NCBI GenBank assembly: GCA_030704615.1
Contig: CM060731.1
Span: 7,006,001-7,070,000, forward strand
Reading direction: 5' to 3'
DNA from: Takakia lepidozioides
Lineage: Eukaryota; Plantae; Bryophyta
DNA length: 64,000 nt
The translations under genes were made by a program, and so were the position numbers. Each line of letters opens with the position of its first letter. The first letter of the stretch is position 1. Positions 10,380-21,100 of the stretch are shown here, one piece after another. The notes beneath the pieces are model-generated. The model was not told the DNA's origin, ran no database searches, and worked only from the letters and a program-made list of their open reading frames with translations.

Positions 10380-13065
10380 TGAGGGCTTACAGGAACTGCT
10401 TTGCCTTCAGTTTGAAGGACTTAGGAGCACTGAAGGGTCAAGAGATTCGCATTGAATTGGCTACTGACACGCCAATCTTTCGGAGACCCTATAGATACAG
10501 TGACATGGAGAGGTCCTTGATTCAGATGAGAACTCACGACCTTTAGGAGGCTGGTTTGGTGGAGCTATCTGGGGAGAGTATGCTTCAGCCACAGTGATGC
10601 CAGCCAAGAAGGATGTCTATGGCAATTGGACGGAGAGACGTATGTGCGGTGATTACCGGCCTGTAAATCGTCAGACCAAGTCCGATAGGTATGCCATGCC
10701 GACACCAGAGGAGATCTTTGATGCCATTGGGCATGCCAAGGTCTTTAGCACGTTGGATTTACGATCCGGATATCACTAGTTGCCGATCAAGGAGGCGGAT
10801 AAGCAGAAGACGACATTCTGGGGGATCAATGAGCACGGGAAGGATGGCCTATACCAGTGGCGGTTCTTACCATTTGGGCTTAAGAACGCTCCTGCTGAGT
10901 TTCAAAGAGTCATGGACAGGATTCTAGCAGGGGTGGAGTTTGCTCGGTGCTACATAGATGACATCATCATCTTTAGTGCTACGGTGGAAGAGCATGAGAG
11001 ACACCTTCAGGGGGTATTTGAGCGCTTGAGGGCGCACGGATTGAAGTTACATCCGGGGAAGTGCAAGTTTTTCCACAACCAGATTGAGTATCTGGGTCAC
11101 ATGATATATCCTGGAGGATTAGGGGTACAGCAGACTAAGGTAGAGTCCATTGCACAGGTTCCACGCCCCACAGATGTGAGCCGAGTTCGAGCTTTCATGG
11201 GGTTAGCAAACTATTATAGACGGTTTGTTAAGGGATTTAGTGCCATTGCAAAGGCTCTAACCAAGCTGACCAAGGTGGACCAGGAGTGGCAGTGGGAAGA
11301 TGAGCAAGAACAAGCTTTTCAAGAGCTCAAGGCGAGGTTGACCTCGGCGCCCATCTTGAGACGACCTATCAGGGGGCGTCGTTTTCAGCTGCATACAGAT
11401 TGGAGCATGCTGGGGCTTGGAGCGGTGCTCACACAGGTGGATGATGAGGGAAGAGAGTTCGTAGTGGCTTATGCTAGCCGCTCGAACAACGCTGCAGAGT
11501 CTAAGTATAGCTCATATGAAGGAGAATGCTTAGCTGCAGTGTGGGCCGTGGCACACTTCAGGTGCTATCTATACGGCAATCTCTTCACCCTTGTCACGGA
11601 TCACCAACCACTCAAGTGGTTGATGGAGTCAGACAAGCTTACGGGGAAGCTTGCACGGTGGGCACTCATCCTTCAAGAGTATGACTTTCAGGTTGTGCAT
11701 CGACCGGGTTTGGTCAATCGCAATGCAGATGGGTTGAGTCGCAATCCATGCACGAGCCAGCAGGATGACACTGGAGCTCGGTGGCATGGTGAGACGGATG
11801 AGGAGATGGTGCCCGGATGGCATGCATCTGCATTTCTGTGTATCTTGGCAGCGGAAGGCCAGGTTGGACCTGCAACAGGGATGACTGTAGATCAAGTGTC
11901 TGAGGACCCTGAGGCCAGCAATGAGCAAGGTGGCGCCAAATATATACATGAGGATTCAGTTGTGTTGGACTATCTTCGCACTGGAGACACGGCAGCCACT
12001 GTGACTGCCAAGGAGAGGGATCGGATCCTACAACAAGCCAAGAGGTTCAAGTGGGAGGGGACACACCTGCTCCGAGTGTGGGAGGATGGTCGAGTGAGGA
12101 TTGTGCCTCACCCAACACAGCGGGCACGGTTAGTGCGGCATGCCCATGAGGAGTTGGGGCATTTTGGGGTGCGACGCACTCATAGTCTACTGCAGGGGCA
12201 GTATTGGTGGCGTGGTATGCACACAGAGGTGCAACAATTTGTGGCTAGGTGCATGGTGTGTGACAGGGTGCGTGCTTCATTCAACGCCCCTACTCCACAA
12301 TTGCACCCTCTTCCGATCATGGGATTGGGCTACAGGTGGAGTCTTGACTTCCTAGGGCCGTTGCCACTGACCATGCGCCACAACAAGTACGTGTTGGTGA
12401 TGGTGGAGCACTTCTCCAAGTGGATTGAGTTGGTTCCATTGCCTGATAAGGCTAGTGAGGGAGCTGCGTATGCATTCTTGGATTGTGTGCTTAGCCGATT
12501 CGGTGCTCCAGCTGAGGTACTCACGGACCAAGGGAGAAAGTTCTTGGGGGAGTTTCAGGCTTTGTGTGACAAGGCCTTGATAGACCACCGCACCACTTCT
12601 CGGGATCATCCTGAGGCCGATGGCTTGGCAGAGAGAGTTGTTCAAACAGTAAAGAGGGGTTTGCGCAAGTATGGCTTGCAGAAGGGACACCTAGGAGATT
12701 GGGACCTTCAGTTACCCTGGTTAGCCATGGGCTACAGGTTCAGCAAGCAAGCATCACTTGCCTCCTTCTCACCATACTTTCTTCTCTTTGGCCGAGAGCC
12801 GGATTTGCCTACATCCATTTGCAGAGAAGCTGCTACAGTTCTTAACCTTGACGATCCGGACGTGTGGGCACGTGCATGTGAGCAGCGTGCAGAGTTGTTC
12901 AAGAAAGTCATGCCCATGGCTTTCGAGAACCTTGCCATTGCACAACACCGTGATACGTTGAGGTATGCTACCATACGTGGTGGGGGCTATCGTCCTGGGG
13001 TTCGGAGATTCAACCCTGGTGACTATGTCTATCTGCAGCAACTGCTCCTACGACCTTGGATGTGA
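10380..13065 (+). pseudogene. pol: pol: reverse transcriptase, RNase H, integrase (HHCC + DDE)
   Basis: RMCGDYRPVN, LDLRSGYH, LPFGLKNAP, YIDD (10951), LHTDWS and VTDHQPL (RNase H), HEELGH...CMVC, WSLDF, LTDQG, GLAERVVQ. Stops near 10546 and 10777. Confidence 0.95.
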
Positions 13066-13385
13066 CTGCAGGACGTGTTATTTTGAGGGTTCGAGAGGTC
13101 TTGCCCTCAGGCGTCTTGGTCTTGGAGGGTCGGGATGGCATAACTTGGAAGGACCATGTGCGTAATTGTGTGCCATGTCACCTTCCGAATGTCGATGGCA
13201 GGATTGACCCAAACCTGGCAGTGGTATCTGCAAGTTTGAGGTGCATGTTGTGTGGGTCTGCTAGAGGGGCAGCCACCATGCTGGTGTGTGATCGATGCTC
13301 TAGAGGTTGGCATATGGGATGCTTGACTCCACCTCTTGAGATGGTTCCGGATGGGGATTGGTTATGTCCACATTGCATTGGATAG
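13056..13385 (+). CDS. Integrase C-terminal extension with PHD finger (frameshifted from pol near 13040)
   Basis: CMLC...LVCDRCSRGWHMGCLTPPLEMVPDGDWLCPHC is a canonical C4HC3 PHD. Copy 2 reads through this junction (QQTAPTTLDVT). Confidence 0.9.
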   Translation: MDVTAGRVILRVREVLPSGVLVLEGRDGITWKDHVRNCVPCHLPNVDGRIDPNLAVVSASLRCMLCGSARGAATMLVCDRCSRGWHMGCLTPPLEMVPDGDWLCPHCIG

Positions 13386-13633
13386 TGGGAGTGGATACAA
13401 CCATGGAAGGCTAACAAGCAACGCAAGGCCCAGCTATAGGAGACCTTGAATACACGAGGTCCTGGCTCAAGTTCACAGATTGCAAGACGGCGACTAACGA
13501 TGGGGCTACTCTTGTACCCGGCCTCTTGGTCAATAGAGTTTGAGTACAATAGGGACAGTGATAGAGGACTTAGTACGGCTGTGGCTATTACATCTTGTAG
13601 CTATCTGGAGTTAGAGGGACCTATCCACCAGCT

Positions 13634-13644
13634 AGGGGGGCGAT
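13634..13644 (+). promoter_or_regulatory. Polypurine tract abutting repeat B1
   Basis: AGGGGGGCGAT directly before TGTGGCAGAC; same in copy 2 (34960-34970, -). Confidence 0.7.
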
Positions 13645-14172
13645 TGTGGCAGACTACTTTATTGTGCATATATGTGTGGTGTGGTTTGGACATCGATGTA
13701 GTTGTGTAGCGATACGTATGCGCACGACAGCTGTCAAGTTAAATAAGCACAGTGTGAAACTAACTAGAATAAAGCTAGTTATTTGTATTTAACACTTGGA
13801 TTTAGGTCAAGTGTTAAATCAGGTGTCAAGTTTAGTTTGACACCTGAACCGTCTTATCTTCACGAGAGCGTCAGTCACGCAGCTCATCTCTCTCGAGTTG
13901 AGCCTGCGTGACCGAGCTCCTTCACGCTTTAGAATCTGAGTGTGCTTATGTAGGGAGTATAGGTTGTTGTGGGGTGGAGTCCCCATAGCTTGGGGTGCCC
14001 CTGGCTCGACTATTATCTTAAAGAGTGATAGCGATGGATTTCATGTTTCTTGTGTTAAGAGTGTGTGTCCTTTAGCTTTCTATCTATTGTGGCAGACTAC
14101 TTTATTGTGCATATATGTGTGGTGTGGTTTGGACAGCGATGTAGTTGTGTAGCGATACGTATGCGCACAACA
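13645..14172 (+). repeat. 3' terminal block B1 (13645-13729) - GC - A2 (13732-14086) - T - B2 (14088-14172)
   Basis: 85-bp B repeats (TG...CA) flank A2; the B1/A2 junction is the palindrome GACAGCTGTC. Confidence 0.93.
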
Positions 14173-14449
14173 TAGCCCCAACTGGTTTGATTCATTCTGA
14201 GCCTGCATGTTTGAATGACAAGCTGCCTCTTGAATCTGAAGGTACTGGTGCCTTGACATCCCCTCTTACCAGTAACTTGCAGTTGAGAGAGAGAGATGTT
14301 CCTTGTAGTCCTAGTCTTGAGAAGGGAAAGTGTGTTGTTGTGGAGGACTCTGAACCTGGTTTGAGGCCTTCATTGAATTTCCAAAATGTTGGGCTCTCTC
14401 ATGTGCCTGTAAAGAGAGTACATGCAGCTAGCTTATCTACTGGAAGGTC

Positions 14450-14821
14450 TATCGAGCGGCTTTTACTCACCCATCCCTTTGCTATCCGAGGTGGGAACTC
14501 CAAGATAGAAGAGTTGGAAATCTCTAAGCACTTAGCCGGCTCAGAACAATCAGTCATGACCTACAGCTAGTGTATCATGTGGGTGTTTCCTATTTGTACT
14601 CCTTCCCACATTCATGTTAGCGAGTTACCTTACTATCTGCAATTAAGTACCAGTTTGCTTCAGAATTCTATCAAGTTCCATCCATTCATTCCACAATTTC
14701 ACTCAGGTCTCTCTACACAGTGTGAGTATGAAGTATGTATCAGATTAATATCTATCAAGTATCAAGCTGAAGCCATGGTGTCTCTAATCTACTCTACATT
14801 ACAATTCTACAGCTTGCATTC
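14450..14821 (-). mobile_element. Partial, diverged LTR of the Tat/Ogre-like family, interrupted by the MULE-like element end
   Basis: Homologous to 60419-60790 and to the reverse complement of 28550-28924. Confidence 0.8.
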
Positions 14822-15286
14822 ATGGGGGCTGCTATTTCATGAGCCATGAGCCATGAGCGGCATGAGCCATGAGCATAGTCGTAAGTGTGGAAAAAAACAT
14901 GAGCAGCACTATTTTCCGGAAATGAGTGTCCGCGGGAATAGGGTTTAGGGTGCAACGGTCATAGGGGGAGAAGGACCTCCCGATGAAGGAGGTTCGGCAA
15001 TGTTATTTAGAATTATATATTGAAAGGCAATGTTTCGCGAATGGTAGGGTGGTACTGCTCTGTACAATGGGGGCCCATTTCAGCCTACCAGCCACTTGCA
15101 AAATCCACCCACACTCCCAATCCCAAACGACATGAGCAATGACGCATTCTGGGAACGATGGACACAGAATAGAATAAAAAGAGGGCACAATGAGGTTTTT
15201 ATTGATCCACATGAATTGCATTTGAAGCACGTCTACTGTGCTGATTGTGCAATCAAATCTTTAGCCCTGTGCCTACTGAATACAAG

Positions 15287-15850
15287 TCACGTTGTCAATG
15301 GGACTTCGACTGCTCTCAGAACTAGCTCATGAGTCATGGGGCTCCTCCAGGTAAAGTCGATTGCAGCCGTTGTACCGCCCCTAGTGATGTTCACCACAAT
15401 GTCCTGCCCTTCAATCATACCACCATCGAATATGGAAATCTTCACGTTTTCGTCATCCACACCAATGCGAATGTCCCCATACAATGGAGAAGAGGAGCGC
15501 ACTCCTTGAGGAGAATAGGTCTCTCCGATGGAGTCCACCCACGTCCAGTGGCAGCAGTTCCACCGCAACAGCATAGCAGTGCGCCTTCTTCTGCATGGGT
15601 GACCGTCGTAGCTGGGAAAATCGGAATCGAGGATGCGCAGGAGCCACGGACTCCTCAAACCAAGATCGTCACCCCGCTCGAAGGCGTAGTGGCCTAGGAT
15701 ATACTCAAAAGCCACCAATGTTTCCACAATCGAACCAGTATCTTCTCTGTAATCTGTGTACCAGATAACAATGTCTCCCGATGTGGCCGAATACATTGCA
15801 TAATCGATGCCTCCAAATGGGCAGTCGTCCCGGTTCCGGAAGCACGGCAT
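15287..15850 (-). CDS. Unknown protein of about 187 aa, paralog 1 (MPCxRNxxDCP...YGDIR...DGGxIxGxDIVV...ELVLR)
   Basis: Open frame; aligns along its full length with the divergently oriented paralog at 16405-16982. Confidence 0.7.
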   Translation of the reverse strand: MPCFRNRDDCPFGGIDYAMYSATSGDIVIWYTDYREDTGSIVETLVAFEYILGHYAFERGDDLGLRSPWLLRILDSDFPSYDGHPCRRRRTAMLLRWNCCHWTWVDSIGETYSPQGVRSSSPLYGDIRIGVDDENVKISIFDGGMIEGQDIVVNITRGGTTAAIDFTWRSPMTHELVLRAVEVPLTT

Positions 15851-16404
15851 CCTTGCAAAGGAGGACCTGAGGACGACTTGGATGCAGATGACAATGACCT
15901 TGCGGATAGCTACGAAGCCCTTAGATTTTGGAAATGATGCGAAGCGGAAGAGCAGTCCGGCCTCCAATAATGGAGCATCTGGGTCCCACGTACCCACCGA
16001 CGGAGGTGGAACGTGTTCATCACGCCGGCGGTGGATGAACCCATACATCTTTCTCATCAACAAGTTATAGTTTGAGATCTGCCACCAAAGTCCATCCCCC
16101 GGATGGAAATTCGGCGCCGCATTTACATCGAAGAGGGGATGGACTTCGTCGTGTCCAGTGGCTATCGGCCCACCTGGCAGTGAGTGCCCATAGTTTGCAT
16201 GGCAGGGTAGGAAACTGATACGGCTACATTCATGAAGCAGCCAATCTTCATCGGTCCAGGATCCTGTAGGGGGAAATTTAAATGTGCCCTGGAGTGTTTG
16301 TGAGGAATTGCAGCGTTAGCTTGAACTTTTTCCAGCCACCGCGCTGCTCCTCCTCCATCCGGGAGCTGCTGTCATTGAGCGTACTCCGCTACTCTTTTTC
16401 AAGG

Positions 16405-16982
16405 ATGCCGTGCCGCCGAAATCCAGCCGACTGCCCTTATCATGGCCACGATTATGCTATGTTCAAACCAGAATCAGGAGACATCATTGTCTGGCTCTCT
16501 GTTTTCACAGACGCTTCTGGAATCAAGCAAGAGTCTTTGCGCGCAATGGAGTATCTGGAGGGCTATTACCGCTTTGAGCGAGGTGAGGGCGAGGGTCAAT
16601 GCGGTCCGTGGGTCCTGAAAATTGTTGACCTCGATATACCAAGCTGGAAAGGGATGCCGGACAGATCACGCACGGCCTCGCTTTGGCGCTGGAACTACTG
16701 CCAGTGGACCAGGGAGGACGGCACCAGGGAAAACTATATACGTGCAGATCACTCCGCTCTTCCAGTGTATGGAGACATTCGGCTGAGTTGCGAAGACGAA
16801 TCGCACGGGCACATGAGGCCCACAGTGACCTTGCAATGTATGATGGTGGTATCATTGATGGACATGACATTGTCGTCGGCTCCAGCAAGGGTAGCAGAAC
16901 GACCGAATTGCAATTTACCTCGAGGTGCCGCAGCAGTGATGAGCTTGTTTTGAGGGGTATCGAAGTTCCGTCGACTTGGTGA
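16405..16982 (+). pseudogene. Unknown protein paralog 2 (one frameshift near 16800)
   Basis: MPCRRNPADCPYHGHDYAMF...RTASLWRWNYCQWT...YGDIR, then in another frame YDGGIIDGHDIVV...ELVLRGIEVPSTW. Confidence 0.7.
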
Positions 16983-17237
16983 AGCCCATGTAGAAGGAGG
17001 AAGGGCTTAGTTTTGTCTGCAGTTGGTAAATGTGAGACATCGTGTCCGATCAATAAACCCATCGTACCTCAATTCTGTATGATTGTGTTTCATTCTGTTG
17101 AATAACTGTCAGAATTGGCCCACTGTTTACAATTTGATGTCTCATTTCTACAATGTGTCTGTCCGGATGAATATAGCAGAGTAACCGGTATGTGAGTCAT
17201 GTGTCAAGAATATACCAGAGTAACGCCATGTCGGACA

Positions 17238-18010
17238 TTGAAATGCGGCACCGCATTTCCATGTGGGACAAGGAAATGCGGTGCCGAATTTCCATGCCGA
17301 CATGGAAATGTATGAACCGCATTTCAGTGTCGGACAATGAAATGCGGTGCATCATTTCCGTCCAGGTACACGAAATACCAACACGGGTCTATAAATTGGA
17401 CAGACAACGAGGTTGGCATTGCAAATGCGGCGACGCATTTCCAGCTTGGCAATGGAAACTTCTTTTTGGACAAGGGAATGCGGTGCCGCATTTCCGTCCA
17501 ACAATTCGAAAAGTGTGACATTTCCGACCAGCGCGATGGAATGCGTTACCGCATTTCCGTGAGAGGGTCTGCAAATGGACAAATTGCGATGTCCGTTCTG
17601 GAAATGCGGCGCCGCATTTCCATGTCCGTCATCGACTTTTTTTTTACAATGGAATGCGGTGCCAATTTTTGCTGATGGGCCTGCAATTCGAACAACGACC
17701 ATCCCCAATATGGAAATGCGGCACCGCATTTTCAATTCCGCCATCTCGACCTCCTTGTTCGACCTCCTTGTTCGACCTCTGTAAGCGTGGAGGCATCCAT
17801 GCAATGAGCGGGAGAGGCCAAACTGGCGTGTGGACAAAGGAAATTTTGGAAATGGGGCACCGCATTTCCAATCGGCCGATTACTTTTTACTATGCCAACA
17901 TTGAAATGGAAAATTTAGTCCCTCCCCTGTTTTGGAAATGCGGTGCCGCATTTCCAAAAGAGGTTCTTAGAGTTGCCAAAATTTTGGAAATGCGATGCCC
18001 CATTTCTGAT
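17238..18010. repeat. Dispersed array of about 13 copies of palindrome GGAAATGCGGYRCCGCATTTCC
   Basis: Visible directly; spacers are non-identical. Confidence 0.9.
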
Positions 18011-18143
18011 TTTGGGAGCGTCGTGGTTTGGGCGATTGTGTGGCTGGAATGCACACTGGAGAGGGGTCACGAATGTCGGACAGAATTTCCTTTATATACT
18101 CTGGAAGAGAATTTACATTTACAGAGACTTCATTAAAATTCTA

Positions 18144-21100
18144 TTAATCTTGAAAATCATCCGAATCCTCATCCTGTTCTAGACTGTCCTGCTCCGCCTC
18201 CACCCCCTCAGTGTCTTTCTCATCTCCAGCGGACTGCTCGTTGGCCAGGCTTTCGAAAATCCCATCTTCCCCTTGCGGAACTGTCCATCTCACCTCCGTT
18301 GGGTCGTCTTCCTCCCTGTCTGCGTCGCTCTCATCCGTTGAATCACATATGTACTTTCGTACCCGTCTACCTGTCTGAGCTGCTGCCAACTCTTTCCTTA
18401 TCCTTCTGTCCTCCCTAGCCCTCTCCAAAATCTGCTCTACTTTACTGGGATTCTCACTTCTTCTAATCGCTGTATTTGCGAGTTTAGCTGCATAACTAGG
18501 AAGGGAGTAGTCCCTCACCGGGCTCGTCATGAATCGGCCCTCGCAAAGAATGGGACATTCTTCCTGGCAGGAAGTGTAGGCCCTACATGTTTCGACCCGG
18601 ACCCTGCAATCCTGCACATGACAATCATCAACGAGACTAATGAGAACCACAGTCGGGAAATTCGTTTGACAAAAATGACCCAGAATGCTTTGCAAACTTA
18701 CAATGTTTGCACTCACTCGTATTCCGGGTTCTCCTCCGCATCAATGTCCACTGTGTCTTCCTCGGACTCCGACGAATCCGAGGAGACTTCCGCTCTGTCG
18801 GGAGCCTTAACATTCCGTTGCAGCCCTTCCAGATGGGATCCCCACACGGATGAATCCTCCTCGTAGGCAAAGAGGTGCCGGTCGGAAAACCGCCCAGCCC
18901 ACATTGAGGCACCTGTTACAATGCCATCCACACATTACCACATGGCGCTTCAGATGTTGCGAACTACATCCTAACGAGAATTTGCAGAACAGCATAGATC
19001 AAGATTCTGCATACCTGTCCCACAGATGAGGTCGAGCACTGTGCCCTCCACGTCTGTGCATGTCTCCATAATTGTCTGAATGAAGGCAGGGCTCCGAGTC
19101 CGTGAGTACCGCAGGGGTTCCGTTGAAGTGAGGCTATGAGGGAGAAGTTCCTTGGGAACGTTGTTGAACAGAACGTCGTAATCGAGGGGGTCGCAGTTCG
19201 GGTCAACCTTTCCTCCCTCCTTCCGGAAAGCAAAGGTGGAGTTCTCCTTCACAAAGCAGTATGCATCGAACTGCTTCGTCTGCATACACAGGGGGAACGA
19301 TTAGAAACCGAATGCGGCACCGCATTTGAAAACACCCAAGCAAATGAATGGACGAGTGCCAGTGTCGTAATCACCTTCTTCCCTTCCGACCGAAGGCCCA
19401 GTGTGTTGATGCACGTCCACTTCTTTTTTCAGAATCGGGACGGCGCTCTTGCGGGTCCACTTCGCAATTCCTGTCTGAGTGTTTTTTCCTCTGCTCGCCA
19501 GGACAACCACACAGCCTCTGTCGTCCAACACCATGCGGGCAAGCCTGAATCCTTTCTTCCAAAAGTCCTCCGAGTACCTGTTCCAAGATGGCAAAGCTTG
19601 CAGTCCTTCCACAGGCTCTCCGTCCGGAATATCCAAGATGATCATATCGCAAGACCACTCGGTGGCATTTCCGCCCCTCCTACAATCTTTTTCTGCACAC
19701 ACCCTCTCAAAGAACGAGACCATATTCTGAAATCCTGGGGTGTCGGAAGGCTCTTCGGCAGTCGCCTTCTTCAGTGCTCTGCCCTTCAGACCCTCCATGG
19801 TCTTCATGTATGCCAACTTGGCTGCCCGTCCATCCAAAGCCGCCAAGAAACTCTCATTTACACACTGGACTACTGTTTCGGGAGCCACTTTCGGCCTCTC
19901 TTCATTTCCACCGGCTCGAAAGGGTGCCCCCCTGGGGGGTTAAGAGTGCCTTCTTTGCCGAGCCAGTTCTCGTGCCTCTCGTGACAACGGTGGGCACAGG
20001 GGAGGCAGCCTGCGTTTGGGGGGGGTGGGCTGGTTGCAAAGTCTCCATCGGAGTCCTCTTCCTCACCCTCTTCCTGAACAGGCTGTTTCTGCTTCTTCGT
20101 TTTGGCGGGTGTCACAACAGCTGCTCCTTGCTGGCGAGTCCTCTTCTTCGACCCTTCTGTTGGGCCTGCACAGCTGCATCCACCGTCTTTTGTGCCATCT
20201 CAGCTGCCTTTCTGGATTCTTCCAGAGCAGCAGATTCCTTTGCCGACTTTGGCCAGCAGGGACACGTCTTTCCTTTCTCTTCTCTTCTGCCAAGGCGTGC
20301 AGATCTTTCTCAGACTCGTCAACAATACCGCCAGACATGTCCAGGTACCACGGGCATCCAACGAGATGCGCGGGATGCCATTGTTTCTGCATCTCGGGTG
20401 TGTAGACACAGCTTGGGCCCGCCACGGTCCAAGCCATGAAGAACGGGGGCTCTTGAGCCAGGGCCCCTGTCTGAAGGAGCACGTATTTCATATACCTGCA
20501 AGGCAGTCAGCATGCGTGAGCAAAAGTGAGACCAACCTACTCGCAGAGTGCCACCGAAAACATAAAATGCGAATGCGGTGCCGCATTTCCGAGACAAACC
20601 TCGTAACCAGGCTTCGCATACAAGGGCAGCTGTGCTTCACCTGTAAACAATTCGCATTGCAGCTTTCCCCCTCCCTCCTGATGTGTAAACTCCACGCTCC
20701 TTCTTGCTGTCTGTAGCTCTCTGGCGAAAAGGTTGTCCTTGTACGCACATCTGAAACGTGTCACGTAGTCTTCCAATGTCTGTGTTCCATCCCATTTGAC
20801 GTACAAGCCGAACGAATTTGTGTGCATTACGACTTGCTCCTTCGCATTCGACATTACCTGCGATTCCCAAATGCATTGTCACGTAGCAGTTCAGGGAATT
20901 CATTTCAGAAAAGCAAATCTGGGGAAGTACCTTGAATTACCTGGAACCACCAAGTCATACGGTTGAGCCACACATCCACTGCAGGGTCGGAAACTTCCAG
21001 TGGAAAAGACCACATTGTCCTTATGCTCTCGGATGCATTCCAGATCGACAGCCACCGTGTCTGCCATTTCCGATCCAATGTCAGGAGCTGGAAGAGAGTG

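Larger units (their letters stand above)
2171..14172 (+). mobile_element. Ty3/Gypsy retrotransposon copy 1: DNMT- and PHD-bearing, split direct repeats A1-internal-B1-A2-B2
   Basis: TG...CA ends; 4-bp TSD TAGC (2167-2170 and 14173-14176); domain order gag-PR-DNMT-RT-RH-INT-PHD; several stops and frameshifts. Confidence 0.95.

Noticed and set aside
2171-14172. DIRS/PAT/Ngaro tyrosine-recombinase element, suggested by split repeats and a methyltransferase
   Set aside because: It encodes a protease and an HHCC/DDE integrase, no recombinase is seen, it makes 4-bp TSDs, and its MTase is C5-type.
13645-14172. B1-A2-B2 as a separate TRIM or chance nested insertion
   Set aside because: The same structure occurs in two independent insertions, the TSDs bracket A1 and B2, and there is no TSD around B1...B2.
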